From Cryomorphaceae bacterium (lineage in GTDB: Bacteria; Bacteroidota; Bacteroidia; Flavobacteriales; UBA7430), in the NCBI GenBank assembly GCA_019649675.1, contig BOWN01000001.1, positions 354,868 through 418,867 on the forward strand: a DNA stretch of 64,000 nucleotides. Reading direction: 5' to 3'. Of the stretch, positions 50,511 to 61,212 are shown piece by piece; positions within the stretch are counted from its first letter, which is position 1; the number at the start of each line of letters is the position of its first letter. The notes under the pieces were generated by a model. That model saw only the letters and a list, made by a program, of their open reading frames with translations. It did no database searches and had not been told where the DNA came from. Made by a program: the position numbers and the translations under genes.

Positions 50511-50518
50511 CAAATATA
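50511..50518 (-). promoter_or_regulatory. -7 box (TAnnTTTG on minus strand) for hppA
   Basis: Plus-strand CAAATATA is TATATTTG on the minus strand, 33 nt upstream of the hppA ATG at 50478. Confidence 0.45.
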
Positions 50519-50693
50519 ATAACATGCGTAAATATATTCGCACTATTTTATAAAAATGTCCCCATTAACAACAAATAAAAAAATTAAATTTATGCTCTAA
50601 TTAAGCTCATTTAGATTGGCCATTAGCTATATAATATTTAAAAATATAGCTAATAATAAAATTGATGCATGAACAAATTAAAGGGCATTTATT

Positions 50694-51860
50694 ATGATTC
50701 AAAAAGCAGATCGATTAAGCAATGTTAAAGAATACTATTTCTCTAAAAAATTAAGAGAAGTCGCTGCTTTGCGAAAAAAAGGAAAGGAAATTATAAACAT
50801 GGCTATTGGGAGCCCCGACCTTCCGCCCCCAGATGCTGTAATTAAAGCATTAAATGAAACGACAAACACTAAAGGAGCACATCAATACCAGAGCTACCAG
50901 GGTATTCCTGAACTTAGAGAAGCCATTGCTAATTTTTATTTAAAACATTATCGTGTATCGCTCAATCCATACCGGGAAATTTTACCCCTAATGGGATCAA
51001 AAGAAGGCATCATGCACATCTCTATGGCCTTTTTAAACAAAGGCGACTCCGTTCTAATTCCAGACCCAGGCTACCCTAGCTATGCATCAGTATCAAATCT
51101 AATGCAAGCAAATATCATTTCTTACAATCTAAACGCATCCAACAACTGGCTTCCAGATTATAAAGAAATTGAAAAACAAGACTTATCAGGCGTAAAAATG
51201 ATGTGGCTAAATTACCCAAACATGCCCACGGGCACAAACGCCACGAAAGAACAATTCACAAAAGCTGTTGCCTTTGCGAAAAAACATGATATTATGCTTG
51301 TAAATGACAATCCTTACAGTTTTATATTAAATGACAATCCGTTAAGTCTTTTAGAAACGGAAGGTGCTCAAGACGTCGCAATAGAATTAAATTCTTTGAG
51401 TAAAACCTTTAATATGGCAGGATGGAGAGTAGGAATGGTTGTGGGTAAAGGTGAAATTATCAAAAGTATTTTGCAGGTTAAAAGCAACATGGATTCAGGA
51501 ATGTATTTAGGTATTCAAAAAGGAGCTATAGAAGCACTTTACAGCACTAAAGAATGGTTTAAAGAACTCAATAAAATCTATTTTAAAAGACGAAAAATTC
51601 TCTGGGAAATATTTGATATCTTGGACTTGTATTACAACAAAGAAAGTACTGGTCTGTTTGTTTGGGCTAAATTACCCAAAGGAAGAAGTGATATTGAATT
51701 TACAGATCAACTCTTAAAGGAAAAAGATATATTTATCACACCAGGAAGTATCTTTGGAAAAAATGGAAAAGACTATGTTAGAGCTTCTCTTTGTGTTTCT
51801 GAAGCAGATTTAAGTACTGTATTAAAACGTTTAAAAGGTCAAAACAATAAGAATGAGTAA
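50694..51860 (+). CDS. class I/II pyridoxal-phosphate aminotransferase (aromatic amino acid cluster)
   Basis: 388 aa, intact. PLP-lysine context NSLSKTFNMAGWRVG. Overlaps the start of the prephenate dehydrogenase gene. Confidence 0.85.
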   Translation: MIQKADRLSNVKEYYFSKKLREVAALRKKGKEIINMAIGSPDLPPPDAVIKALNETTNTKGAHQYQSYQGIPELREAIANFYLKHYRVSLNPYREILPLMGSKEGIMHISMAFLNKGDSVLIPDPGYPSYASVSNLMQANIISYNLNASNNWLPDYKEIEKQDLSGVKMMWLNYPNMPTGTNATKEQFTKAVAFAKKHDIMLVNDNPYSFILNDNPLSLLETEGAQDVAIELNSLSKTFNMAGWRVGMVVGKGEIIKSILQVKSNMDSGMYLGIQKGAIEALYSTKEWFKELNKIYFKRRKILWEIFDILDLYYNKESTGLFVWAKLPKGRSDIEFTDQLLKEKDIFITPGSIFGKNGKDYVRASLCVSEADLSTVLKRLKGQNNKNE

Positions 51861-52716
51861 GCTCGCGATAGTAGGTTTAGGACTTATTGGTGGTTCCATG
51901 GCTTTAGATTTAAAAAAGCGATTGAAATACCAGATTTTTGGCATCGACAAAAACCCTGAGCACATCAAATCAGCTATAAGATTGGGTATCATAGATAAAG
52001 AGGCCAATTTTTCTGATCTAAAAGACATTGAAGTCGTAATTGTTGCCGTACCTGTAAATCACATCGCAGAAGTGAGTCAAAAAGTATTAGATAACATCTC
52101 TGATGGGGCGCTAGTTTTAGATGTTGGATCTGTAAAAAAACAATATTTGTGAGGCTTTAAAAAAACACCCTAAACGTAAAAACTTCGTTGCTGCTCACCC
52201 TCTAGCAGGAACAGAATTTTCCGGCCCTGAAGCAGCAATTGAAAACTTGTTTGATGAAAAAGTAACCATCATATGCGAGTCCGAAAAAACAAATTGGAAA
52301 ACCTTAGATAAGGCAATTAGCCTATTTAAAAAATTAAATATGCGAATTAAAATGATGAACCCTGTTGAGACGACAGACATGTTGCCTATGTATCTCACCT
52401 TTCGCATGTAAGCTCTTTTATGCTTGGAAAAACGGTTTTGGAAATTGAAAAAAACGAACAAGCTATCTTCGATATGGCAAGCACAGGTTTTGCCTCTACC
52501 GTAAGACTTGCAAAAAGTGCTGCTAATACCTGGACCCCTATTTTTCTAGAGAATAAAACAAATATCATTAAATCTCTAGATGAATACATAAAAAATTTAA
52601 AAGAATTTAAGTCTTTTATTGAAACAAACGACAATAAAATGCTGGACAAAACCATGAACAGCACAAATTACATTAAAACGGTTTTAGATGGCATAAAACC
52701 GAATAAAAATGAATAA
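51853..52716 (+). pseudogene. tyrA: prephenate dehydrogenase, two frameshifts; probably sequence error
   Basis: IVGLGLIGGSMALDLK Rossmann motif. After the A7 run at 52134-52140 the middle frame reads NNICEALKKHPKRKNFVAAHPLAGTEFSGPEAA...MMNPVE. A missing base near 52366 restores HDRHVAYVSHLSHVSSFMLG into ORF 52420..52716. 864 nt = 288 codons. Confidence 0.85.
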
Positions 52717-52722
52717 ACGCGC

Positions 52723-53799
52723 ATGAAAATGGAAATAACAAAAGAAAACAGAACATGGTTAGACAATCTAGGGTTATCACATCCGATTGTTATTGCAGGA
52801 CCTTGTAGTGCAGAAACAGAAGAACAAGTTCTAAAAACAGCGCATGAACTGAAAGACACCGACACCAACATTTTTAGAGCCGGTATTTGGAAACCAAGAA
52901 CGCGTCCTGGTGGTTTGAAGGCGTTGGAGAAAAAGGTTTGCCTTGGATGCAAAAGTGCGCGAAGAAACCGGATTAATGTTACCACTGAAGTAGGAAATGC
53001 AGAGCATGTTGAAAAAGCATTAAAGTACGATATAGACATCTTATGGATTGGCGCAAGAACAACCGTAAACCCATTTGCAGTTCAGGAAATTGCCGACGCA
53101 CTAAAAGGGGTTGATAAGCCCATATTGGTAAAAAACCCTGTTAACCCAGACTTAGCTTTATGGCTTGGAGGTGTAGAGCGAATTAGAATCTGCAGGCATC
53201 AATCAACTTGGGGTCATTCACGAGGATTTTCATCGTACAAAACCCTCAACTACAGAAACAAACCAAAATGGCACATTGCCATTGAACTTAAAAAAGAATT
53301 TCCTGACCTACCTTTAATTTTGGATCCTTCTCACATTTGCGGACGTAGAGATACCATCCTAGATGTTTCTCAAACAGCTCTTGATCTAAATTATGATGGA
53401 TTTATGATCGAAACTCATATTACCCCAGACGATGCATGGAGTGATGCAAAACAGCAAATCACACCTTCTCGTCTTAAAGAAATATCAAAGACTTAGTAAT
53501 TCGAAAAAAAGCAGTTCGAAAGAAACCTTCCAACAAAAACTTAACATCTACAGAGATGATCTAGATAAATTAGACAACCACTTACTTGCAATATTAAAAA
53601 GTAGAATGGACATATCTGAACAGATTGGACTGTTAAAACGAGCTGAAAACGTCGCAATCTTCAAAGTGCAAGATGGGAAGAAATTTTAAAATCCATGCAT
53701 AATGAGGCTAAGAAAAAAGGCTTAAATCAAGAATTTATTACTGAAATATTCAAAGCCATTCACGTCGAATCAATTAATACGCAACAGCAAATAAAATAG
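52723..53799 (+). pseudogene. bifunctional 3-deoxy-7-phosphoheptulonate (DAHP) synthase type I-beta / chorismate mutase, at least 8 indels
   Basis: IAGPCSAE, WIGARTT, DPSHICGRRD. The C-terminal chorismate mutase (LDNHLLAILKSRMDISEQIGLLK ... RWEEILKSMHNEAKKKGLNQEFITEIFKAIHVESINTQQQIK-stop 53799) is recovered across shifts at A3 ~53488, A7 53504-53510 and ~53665. Hidden out-of-frame stretches at 52914-52978 and 53181-53221. Confidence 0.85.
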
Positions 53800-53803
53800 C
53801 AAA

Positions 53804-53827
53804 CAAAAAGCACAAATTGGGCTTTTG
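53804..53827. terminator. probable bidirectional terminator between the DAHP synthase/CM gene and lysS
   Basis: CAAAAAGC ... GCTTTTG stem (one-base bulge) with loop ACAAATTGG, followed by GTTTTTTTATT on the plus strand and preceded by an A-rich run. Confidence 0.5.
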
Positions 53828-53889
53828 TTTTTTTATTCTACCAAATCAATAATACCCCTTCCGTTTTAGTTGCTTTTGTGAGGCCTAAT

Positions 53890-55536
53890 TTAGACAAAGC
53901 CTTTAACCTTTATCCCACTTTTATTACTGAGACCTGAAAGACTTTTAAGGGCATTAACATCCATCGATTTTTCTTCACTTAAGATGTCAAAAATCACTTT
54001 CTCATGATCTTTTAAATCTAAAGAAGCCCTAGAATCAAATTTCTCAGGACGCATTTGAGGGAAAAATAAGACTTCTTGAATCGAGGTTTGATTAGTTAAA
54101 AGCATTGTAAATCGATCTATTCCTATCCCCATTCCAGATGTTGGAGGCATACCATATTCCAATGATCTTAAAAAATCCTGATCAATAAACATCGCCTCAT
54201 CATCGCCTTTGGCAGATAAAGCCATTTGCTCTTCAAAACGAGTACGCTGATCTATTGGATCGTTAAGTTCAGAATAGGCGTTGGCAATTTCCTTACCATT
54301 AATCATTAACTCAAAACGCTCAGTTAAATTAGGGTCATCGCGGTGAACCTTACATAGTGGCGACATCTCTATAGGATAGTCAGTAATAAAAGTAGGCTGA
54401 ATGTAATGAGCTTCGCACTTTTCACCAAAAATCTCATCTATTAACTTCCCTTTACCCATTGTATCATCAACTTCTATGTTTAAACTTTTACAAGCAGCTC
54501 GTAATTGCGCCTCATCCATACCAGAAATATCTATTCCGGTATGATTTTTAATCGCATCGGTCATTGTAACACGAGCAAAGGGAGCCTTAAAGCTGATCTT
54601 ATTTTCACCAAAAGTAACTTCAGTTGTATCATTGACATCCATCGCAACGCGCTCCATCATTTGCTCGGTAAAATCCATCATCCAGTTGTAATCCTTATAG
54701 GCAACATAAATCTCCAACATGGTAAATTCTGGATTATGAGTGCGATCCATCCCTTCATTTCGGAAAGCTTTGGCAAATTCATACACCCCATCAAAACCAC
54801 CAACAATCAATCTTTTGAGATACAACTCATTGGCGATTCTCAAATACAGAGGAACATCTAAAGCATTGTGATGGGTAATAAAAGGCCGTGCTGAAGCACC
54901 ACCAGGTATTGGCTGAAGTATAGGTGTTTCAACTTCCAAATAATCGCGCTCATTAAAAAAAGAGCGCATGCTGTTAATCAACTTAGTACGCTTCTTGAAA
55001 GTCTCTTTTACATTATCGTTTACAATCAAGTCTACATAACGCTGACGGTAACGTAATTCTGCATCATTAAAAGCATCGTAAACATTTCCATCATCATCTG
55101 TTTTAACGACAGGAAGTGGCTTCAAGGACTTCGATAAAAGCGTAAAGCTTTTAACCATGACAGATATTTCCCCAACCTGGGTTTTAAAAAGCTCTCCCTC
55201 TACACCAATAAAATCACCCATATCGAGTAATTTTTTAAACACTTCATTGTACATGGTTTTATCTTCTCCAACACAAATTTCATCACGATTAAAATACACC
55301 TGTAAACGACCTTTTGCATCTTGAAGCTCGGCAAAAGAAGCCTTTCCCATAATTCGACGACTCATCATACGCCCTGCCAAGCACACTTGCTTTCCTTCTT
55401 CAAAATTTGCCTTACAGTCTTTAGTATAGGTATTTACTTTATAGGCTTTAGCAGGATAAGGCTCAACACCAATTTTTCTTAACTTTTTTAGAGATTCTCG
55501 TCGAACCAATTCTTGTTCTGATAACTGTCTACTCAT
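53890..55536 (-). CDS. lysS: lysine--tRNA ligase (class II)
   Basis: Real start MSRQLSEQELVRRESLKKL at ATG 55536 (the ORF track extends upstream artefactually). FRNEGMDRTHNPEFT, GMGIGIDRFTMLL. The C-terminal extension may continue to 53838 (…SNKKWDKGLKALSKLGLTKATKTEGVLLIW) if two homopolymers are each one base short. Confidence 0.92.
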   Translation of the reverse strand: MSRQLSEQELVRRESLKKLRKIGVEPYPAKAYKVNTYTKDCKANFEEGKQVCLAGRMMSRRIMGKASFAELQDAKGRLQVYFNRDEICVGEDKTMYNEVFKKLLDMGDFIGVEGELFKTQVGEISVMVKSFTLLSKSLKPLPVVKTDDDGNVYDAFNDAELRYRQRYVDLIVNDNVKETFKKRTKLINSMRSFFNERDYLEVETPILQPIPGGASARPFITHHNALDVPLYLRIANELYLKRLIVGGFDGVYEFAKAFRNEGMDRTHNPEFTMLEIYVAYKDYNWMMDFTEQMMERVAMDVNDTTEVTFGENKISFKAPFARVTMTDAIKNHTGIDISGMDEAQLRAACKSLNIEVDDTMGKGKLIDEIFGEKCEAHYIQPTFITDYPIEMSPLCKVHRDDPNLTERFELMINGKEIANAYSELNDPIDQRTRFEEQMALSAKGDDEAMFIDQDFLRSLEYGMPPTSGMGIGIDRFTMLLTNQTSIQEVLFFPQMRPEKFDSRASLDLKDHEKVIFDILSEEKSMDVNALKSLSGLSNKSGIKVKGFV

Positions 55537-55551
55537 GAATTCAAATTTGAA

Positions 55552-55559
55552 CAAATATA
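55552..55559 (-). promoter_or_regulatory. -7 box (TAnnTTTG on minus strand) for lysS
   Basis: Plus-strand CAAATATA is TATATTTG on the minus strand, 16 nt upstream of the lysS ATG, which implies a short leader. Confidence 0.35.
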
Positions 55560-55631
55560 CCAAACTTTTAAAAGATAAATTGTTACTTTGTGAGCAGTAA
55601 TTATATAGTAAATAAAACAAGAAAATAACAC

Positions 55632-56613
55632 ATGAAAGATTTAATCGTTGGCTTTGGAAATCAGCTGAGACATGCATTAGAAATTGGAGCAAATGCTTCA
55701 CTTAAACAAAACAATAAAGACATTCATAATGTTATGATTACTGGGCTAGGGGGGTCAGGAATTGGCGGAACTATCGTATCTGAATTAACGGCACAAGAAT
55801 GCACTGTACCAGTATGCACAAACAAAGGCTATGATTTACCTGATATATAAATGAAAATACTTTGTTATTTGCTCTTCCTTTTCAGGAAATACCGAAGAAA
55901 CACTTGAAGCTTTTGAAAAGGCAAAAGCAAAAAATACTGAAATTGCATGTGTAAGTTCTGGAGGTAAACTAATTGAATTGGCAAAAGCGCAAAACCTAAA
56001 TTATATTCAATTGGCTCCCGGAGATTCTCCTAGAGCTATGATGGGCTATTCCATTACTCAATTACTCTACATACTAAACCACTATGGTTTAATTAGCGAT
56101 GGGTTTAAAAATAAACTTAATGAAACAGCAAGCTTAATTGATGAAATGCAAAAAGAAATTCAAGCAGATGCAGAAAAGATAACAAACCATTTATTTGGTA
56201 AAATTCCAGTGATATATGCTTGTGATGGCTACAAGGGTATGGCTGTTCGATTTACCCAACAGCTAGCAGAAAACTCTAAAATGCTTAGCTGGCACAATAT
56301 TATTCCAGAAATGAACCACAATGAATTGGTAGGTTGGAGAACAAAAAATGAAAATCTAGCTGTTATCTTCTTCCGAAATGAAACTGACCACAAGAGAAAT
56401 CAAAAACGAATAGAAATAAACAGCGAAGTGGTTTCGAAATACACGTCTTCAGTCATGGAGTACTGGTCAAAAGGAGATTCAATGATCGAAAAAACTTTTT
56501 ACCTAATTAATGTTTGTGATCATGTCTCATTCAATCTATCAAAACGAAATAACGTTATTGTAGAAGAGATTGAGGTGATTAACCATCTAAAAGGAGAATT
56601 AGCAAAATTTTAA
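55632..56613 (+). pseudogene. bifunctional phosphoglucose/phosphomannose isomerase-family SIS protein, about 2 frameshifts
   Basis: ORF 55632..55850 (ITGLGGSGIGG SIS motif) continues in another frame as NENTLLFALSFSGNTEETLEAFEKAKAKNTEIACVSSGGKLIEL into ORF 55978..56613. Confidence 0.75.
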
Positions 56614-56664
56614 CGCTTTAAAAACAGGCATTATTGATGTAATTTTACAAACAACTATAAGATA

Positions 56665-57369
56665 ATGCAAGAGGTAAAATTCATCAACTTAGGTCTTATT
56701 GACTACAAAGAAGCCTGGATGTTTCAAGAAAAACTGTTTCAGGCCATCATTGACGTCAAACGCGCCAACAGAAAACGAGAAGATGCCGGAATAGCTTTAG
56801 AGTCAATCCAAAGCAAACTTATTTTTTGTGAGCACCCTCATGTATTTACACTTGGCAAAAGCGGGCAGCAATCACACTTATTAGTAAACAAAAAGCAGCT
56901 AGCAGAAAAAGGCGCCAGTTTTTATAAAATAAATCGTGGGGGCGACATCACCTACCATGGCCCTGGTCAATTGGTTGGCTATCCTATTTTCGATTTAGAT
57001 CATTTCTTCACCGACATTCACAAATACCTCCGATATTTAGAAGAAGCTATTATCAGAACGCTAGCCGAATATGGTATTAATAGTGGACGAATAAAGGGTT
57101 CAACAGGTGTATGGTTAGACTGGGACAATGCTAAAGCAAGAAAAATTTGTGCACTAGGTGTAAGATCTAGCCGTTGGGTAACTATGCACGGATTTGCATT
57201 TAATGTTAATTCTGATCTCAATTATTTCTCAAACATCATCCCCTGTGGTATTAGCGATAAGTCTGTTACCTCATTAGAAAAAGAAATGGGACAAACTATA
57301 GAAATGCAAGAAATACAGGAAAAAGTTAAAAATCATTTACAAGAACTCTTTGAAATGACACTCGTTTAA
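56665..57369 (+). CDS. lipB: lipoyl(octanoyl) transferase
   Basis: 234 aa. RGGDITYHGPGQLVGYPI, KICALGVR. Confidence 0.92.
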   Translation: MQEVKFINLGLIDYKEAWMFQEKLFQAIIDVKRANRKREDAGIALESIQSKLIFCEHPHVFTLGKSGQQSHLLVNKKQLAEKGASFYKINRGGDITYHGPGQLVGYPIFDLDHFFTDIHKYLRYLEEAIIRTLAEYGINSGRIKGSTGVWLDWDNAKARKICALGVRSSRWVTMHGFAFNVNSDLNYFSNIIPCGISDKSVTSLEKEMGQTIEMQEIQEKVKNHLQELFEMTLV

Positions 57370-57468
57370 AGAATATAAAAACCAAACAGCGAATGACATG
57401 TTTTATATACCTTGCATATTAATTTATAACTTAATATTATGTACCCTCATTAACCGTTATTATTATAA

Positions 57469-58629
57469 ATGAAATACATCTCACTATTATTTAAAACACT
57501 TCTATTCCTCTTCATAGGGATAAATGCCTACATTATTATTAGCGGTAAAACATACGTGTATAAAGCTGTTAAAATTGGATACATCCGGGGCCATAACACA
57601 GCAACTATTGAAGATGTACAATTCTTTGAAACAAGAATTGTGGCAAGCAAAAATGGACAACAATGGCCAGAAGCCTACAATTACAATAAAACAAACATTA
57701 CAGACAAACTTAGATCTCGCCTCGTAAAAAATCAATCCATTGCCTTTGTAATCATTCAAAATGACAGCATTCGATTCGAAGAATACTGGGGTATTGGATC
57801 GCGCAAATCGCGGACAAATTCTTTTTCAATGAGTAAATCTATTGTAAGCATTCTCATCGGAATTGCCATTGATGAAGGCTACATAGAAAGCGTTGACCAA
57901 AAAATTATTGACTTTATACCCGAGTACAAAAGAGAAGGAGAAAATTTCAATAAAGATGTTACCATTAAGCACTTACTTACCATGAGTAGTGGAATGAATT
58001 GGCAGGAAGACTATTACAATCCATTTGGTGTTACGGCCGAATCTTATTTTACCAAAAAATTAGAAAAGCTCATGTACCATATTGATTTTGACAAAAAACC
58101 TGGTGAAACGTGGAATTACCAAAGCGGTAACACACAGCTCATGGGTATCATTTTAGCACGTGCTACCGGAAAAGCATTGAGCGAATATGCATCCGAAAAA
58201 CTTTGGATTCCGATGCAAGCAACAGATGATGCAAAATGGATGATAGATGACACAAATGGCACAGAAAAATCTTTCTGTTGCCTCAACTCAAACGCCCTAG
58301 ACTATGCGCGCTTTGGACAACTTTTTATTGACAAAGGTAACTGGAAAGGACAACAACTTATAGACTCAGCATACGTAGAAGCCTCTCTAAGTACTGATCT
58401 AACAGATCATTACGGTTACTCCTGGTGGCTCTATAACACACAGTACAAATACCCTGTTTTTTGCATGAGCGGTATAAATGGCCAGTACGTTATTAGCATT
58501 CCAGAACTCGATTTGGTAGCAGTACGATTAGGACATAAAGATGAAAAATACGTAAACAACACTACCACCGACCTCAAATATTATATTAAAGAAATTATAA
58601 AACAATACGAAAATTACATTGAGCTCTAA
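57469..58629 (+). CDS. serine hydrolase of the beta-lactamase/transpeptidase-like (class C) family
   Basis: 386 aa. N-terminal TM/signal segment, SxxK motif in FSMSKSIVSILIG, family-like YSWW and GINGQY segments. Confidence 0.8.
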   Translation: MKYISLLFKTLLFLFIGINAYIIISGKTYVYKAVKIGYIRGHNTATIEDVQFFETRIVASKNGQQWPEAYNYNKTNITDKLRSRLVKNQSIAFVIIQNDSIRFEEYWGIGSRKSRTNSFSMSKSIVSILIGIAIDEGYIESVDQKIIDFIPEYKREGENFNKDVTIKHLLTMSSGMNWQEDYYNPFGVTAESYFTKKLEKLMYHIDFDKKPGETWNYQSGNTQLMGIILARATGKALSEYASEKLWIPMQATDDAKWMIDDTNGTEKSFCCLNSNALDYARFGQLFIDKGNWKGQQLIDSAYVEASLSTDLTDHYGYSWWLYNTQYKYPVFCMSGINGQYVISIPELDLVAVRLGHKDEKYVNNTTTDLKYYIKEIIKQYENYIEL

Positions 58630-58888
58630 TTCCAATGAACCATATAGACCTGTAAAAAATTCTTTTTAGAGATCGAGACGCCAAGTGTCTAGCCCAACTT
58701 TGAACGACTCAATTGAGACATGCGGCAACTATGGACCTACAAAACCAAGTGGCAGTGCAAAGTAGACACTAGAACTAAAGAATACTATCAAAGATAGAAC
58801 AGGTATACTAGCTGAATATAAAACAAATTCTAGCAGCTGTACTTTTCCTTTCCTATATAATCTTTACCACAACATTAAAAATTAGGCT

Positions 58889-60641
58889 ATTAGCAAACCT
58901 ATCTTACATATTAAAAACCTGTCACTTTCTTTTGGCGAAGGTACACAAAGGAAGCGTGTGCTGCACTCGGTAAATTTGTCTTTGCATCAGGGCGAAATGC
59001 TTGCTTTGGTTGGAGAGTCTGGCTCAGGAAAATCTATTACCAGCCTAAGTAGCATGCAGCTTATTCCACGAATGGCACAACAAATAGACAGCGGTGAAAT
59101 TTGGTACAACAAAGATGGGGAACAGATTCCCCTTCACAGCCTTTCCAACAAAGAAATGCAGTCCTTTAGAACCAAGGAAATTGCCATGATATTTCAGGAG
59201 CCGATGACGGCATTAAACCCTTCTATGACCTGTGGCAAACAAGTCTATGAAGCCATAAACACACATCTGAGCTTAAATTCTGAGACTATAAAAAAGCGCT
59301 GTCTAAAGCTGTTTGAATCTGTAGAACTTCCCGATCCTAAACGCATTTACGACAGCTATCCACATCAGCTTTCTGGAGGACAAAAACAACGCGTCATGAT
59401 TGCCATGGCTCTTAGCTGCAATCCTAAAATCCTGATTGCAGACGAGCCCACCACGGCCCTCGATGTTACCGTTCAGAAAGAAATTTTAGAGCTGATTAAG
59501 CGCTTGCAGAAAAAGAAAATATGGCCTGCTTGTTCATCAGCCACGATTTGGAGCTGGTTCGCGAAGTTGCCCATCATATTGCCGTGATGCAACATGGAAA
59601 GATTGTAGAAAATAAAAGTAAAGCGGCGCTATTTAAAAACCCGAGCACCCGTACACAAAAGCCTTATTGGCCTGCAGACCCAACATTCATAAAAGCCTAA
59701 AACGATTGGCCACCGTAAGCGACTTTCTTGAGAATGAAGCTTTAGATGCGGCGGAATTTTACGCGCAAAACGAATGTGAGCCAGAGCAGGTAAAAAAATC
59801 AAGGGATGCATACTACAGCCAAGCACCCATTATGGAGGTAAAAGCACTTTCAAAAACATATATCGACAAGGGTTTCTTTGGAAAGGGAACAAAAGTTAAA
59901 GCCCTAAATAAAGTAAGCCTTGAGTTGTTTAAAGGAGAAAGTTTAGGTATTGTAGGTGAGTCTGGTTGTGGGAAAAGTACCTTAAGCAATTGCTTGGTTC
60001 AGCTCGAAAAACAAAACGAAGGAAGCATTTTATATAAGGGCACCAACATTAAAGAGCTGCTCTCCTCTGCCCCACTAAGCTATAGAAAAAAAGTGCAGAT
60101 GATTTTTCAGGATCCGGCAAGTGCGCTAAATCCAAAAATGCGCGTTGGTGCTATTTTAATTGAAGCAATGAAGGTGCACCATATTGGAAATAACCGCACT
60201 GAACGTATGGAAAAAGCATTAGAGCTACTTGAAAAAGTAGGGCTGGAAGCAGAGCATTTTAACCGCTACCCGCACGAATTTTCGGGCGGCCAAAAGCAAC
60301 GCATAGGTATTGCCAGAGCCTTGGCCTTAGAGCCAGAAATTATAATTTGCGACGAATCGGTTTCTGCACTCGATGTTTCTGTACAAGCACAGGTGCTTAA
60401 CCTCTTAAATGAATTGAAAGAGCGCTTTTCGCTAAGCTATATCTTCATCTCGCACGACCTGAGCGTGGTGAAACATTTTTGCGATCGTATTGTTGTGCTT
60501 AATCAAGGGTGTATAGAAGAAATAGGTTTTCCGGAAGATTTGTTTGAGAAAGCCAAGTCAGACTATACACGCAAATTAATTGAGGCAATTCCAAGGAAAG
60601 TAAAAGACCTCTACTACAATTCTTTCATCACCTTTTTTTGA
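58889..60641 (+). pseudogene. duplicated ABC transporter ATP-binding protein (peptide/nickel DppD-DppF-like fusion), two single-base deletions and no canonical start
   Basis: Two ATPase halves: GESGSGKS...LSGGQKQRVMIAMAL...IADEPTTALD and GESGCGKS...FSGGQKQRIGIARAL...ICDESVSALD. A5 at 59510-59514 should be A6 (LQKKENMACLFISHDLELVREVAHHIAVM). A5C3 at 59635-59642 is one base short (FKNPEHPYTKALLACRP). The conserved N-terminus SKPILHIKNLSLSFGEG starts right after an in-frame TAG, at ATT 58889. 1753+2 nt = 585 codons. Confidence 0.85.
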
Positions 60642-61207
60642 AAAATGACCATAATGGCAACGCCTATAGAGATGGCAGAATCTGCTATGTTAAATACAGG
60701 TCTGAAAAACACAAAATAATCGCCACCACAAAAAGGAATCCATTCTGGTAAGTAGCCCTTAAATATTGGGAAATAAAACATGTCTACAACCTTACCAAAA
60801 AACAGCGGTGCATAGCCCCCAGCTTCAGGTAAAAAAGTAGCAAGCTGGCGGTAACTTTCAGAAAACAAAATACCGTACAAAGTCCCATCAATAATATTCC
60901 CGATGGCACCAGCAAGGACCAATGATAAGGATACAATAAGAACCTTGTCGGCGTTTTTTCGAATGAGCTTTAAAAGAAAAGAAGCCATAAATACAACGAA
61001 AACAATGCGGAATAAGCTGAGGCCAAGCTTACCCCAATCACCACCGAATTCCATGCCAAAAGCCATGCCGTTGTTTTCTGTAAAATGAATGTAAAACCAA
61101 TCAAAAATCTGATACTCCTGACCCAAATACATATGGGTTTTAACCCATATCTTTAAAGCCTGGTCAAGTACTAAAGTGGTTAGTACAATCCAAATCGATC
61201 TTTTCAA
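60614..61207 (-). CDS. lspA: lipoprotein signal peptidase II
   Basis: 197 aa. NNGMAFG and FNIADSAISIGV motifs with 4 TM helices. The 3' end overlaps the convergent ABC gene by 28 nt. Confidence 0.9.
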   Translation of the reverse strand: MKRSIWIVLTTLVLDQALKIWVKTHMYLGQEYQIFDWFYIHFTENNGMAFGMEFGGDWGKLGLSLFRIVFVVFMASFLLKLIRKNADKVLIVSLSLVLAGAIGNIIDGTLYGILFSESYRQLATFLPEAGGYAPLFFGKVVDMFYFPIFKGYLPEWIPFCGGDYFVFFRPVFNIADSAISIGVAIMVIFQKKVMKEL

Positions 61208-61212
61208 AAGAC

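Noticed and set aside
52195-53039. Three overlapping minus-strand ORFs (52195..52461, 52395..52664, 52668..53039)
   Set aside because: They are antisense shadows of tyrA and the DAHP synthase gene. The plus strand carries clear family motifs, and the minus-strand products have none.
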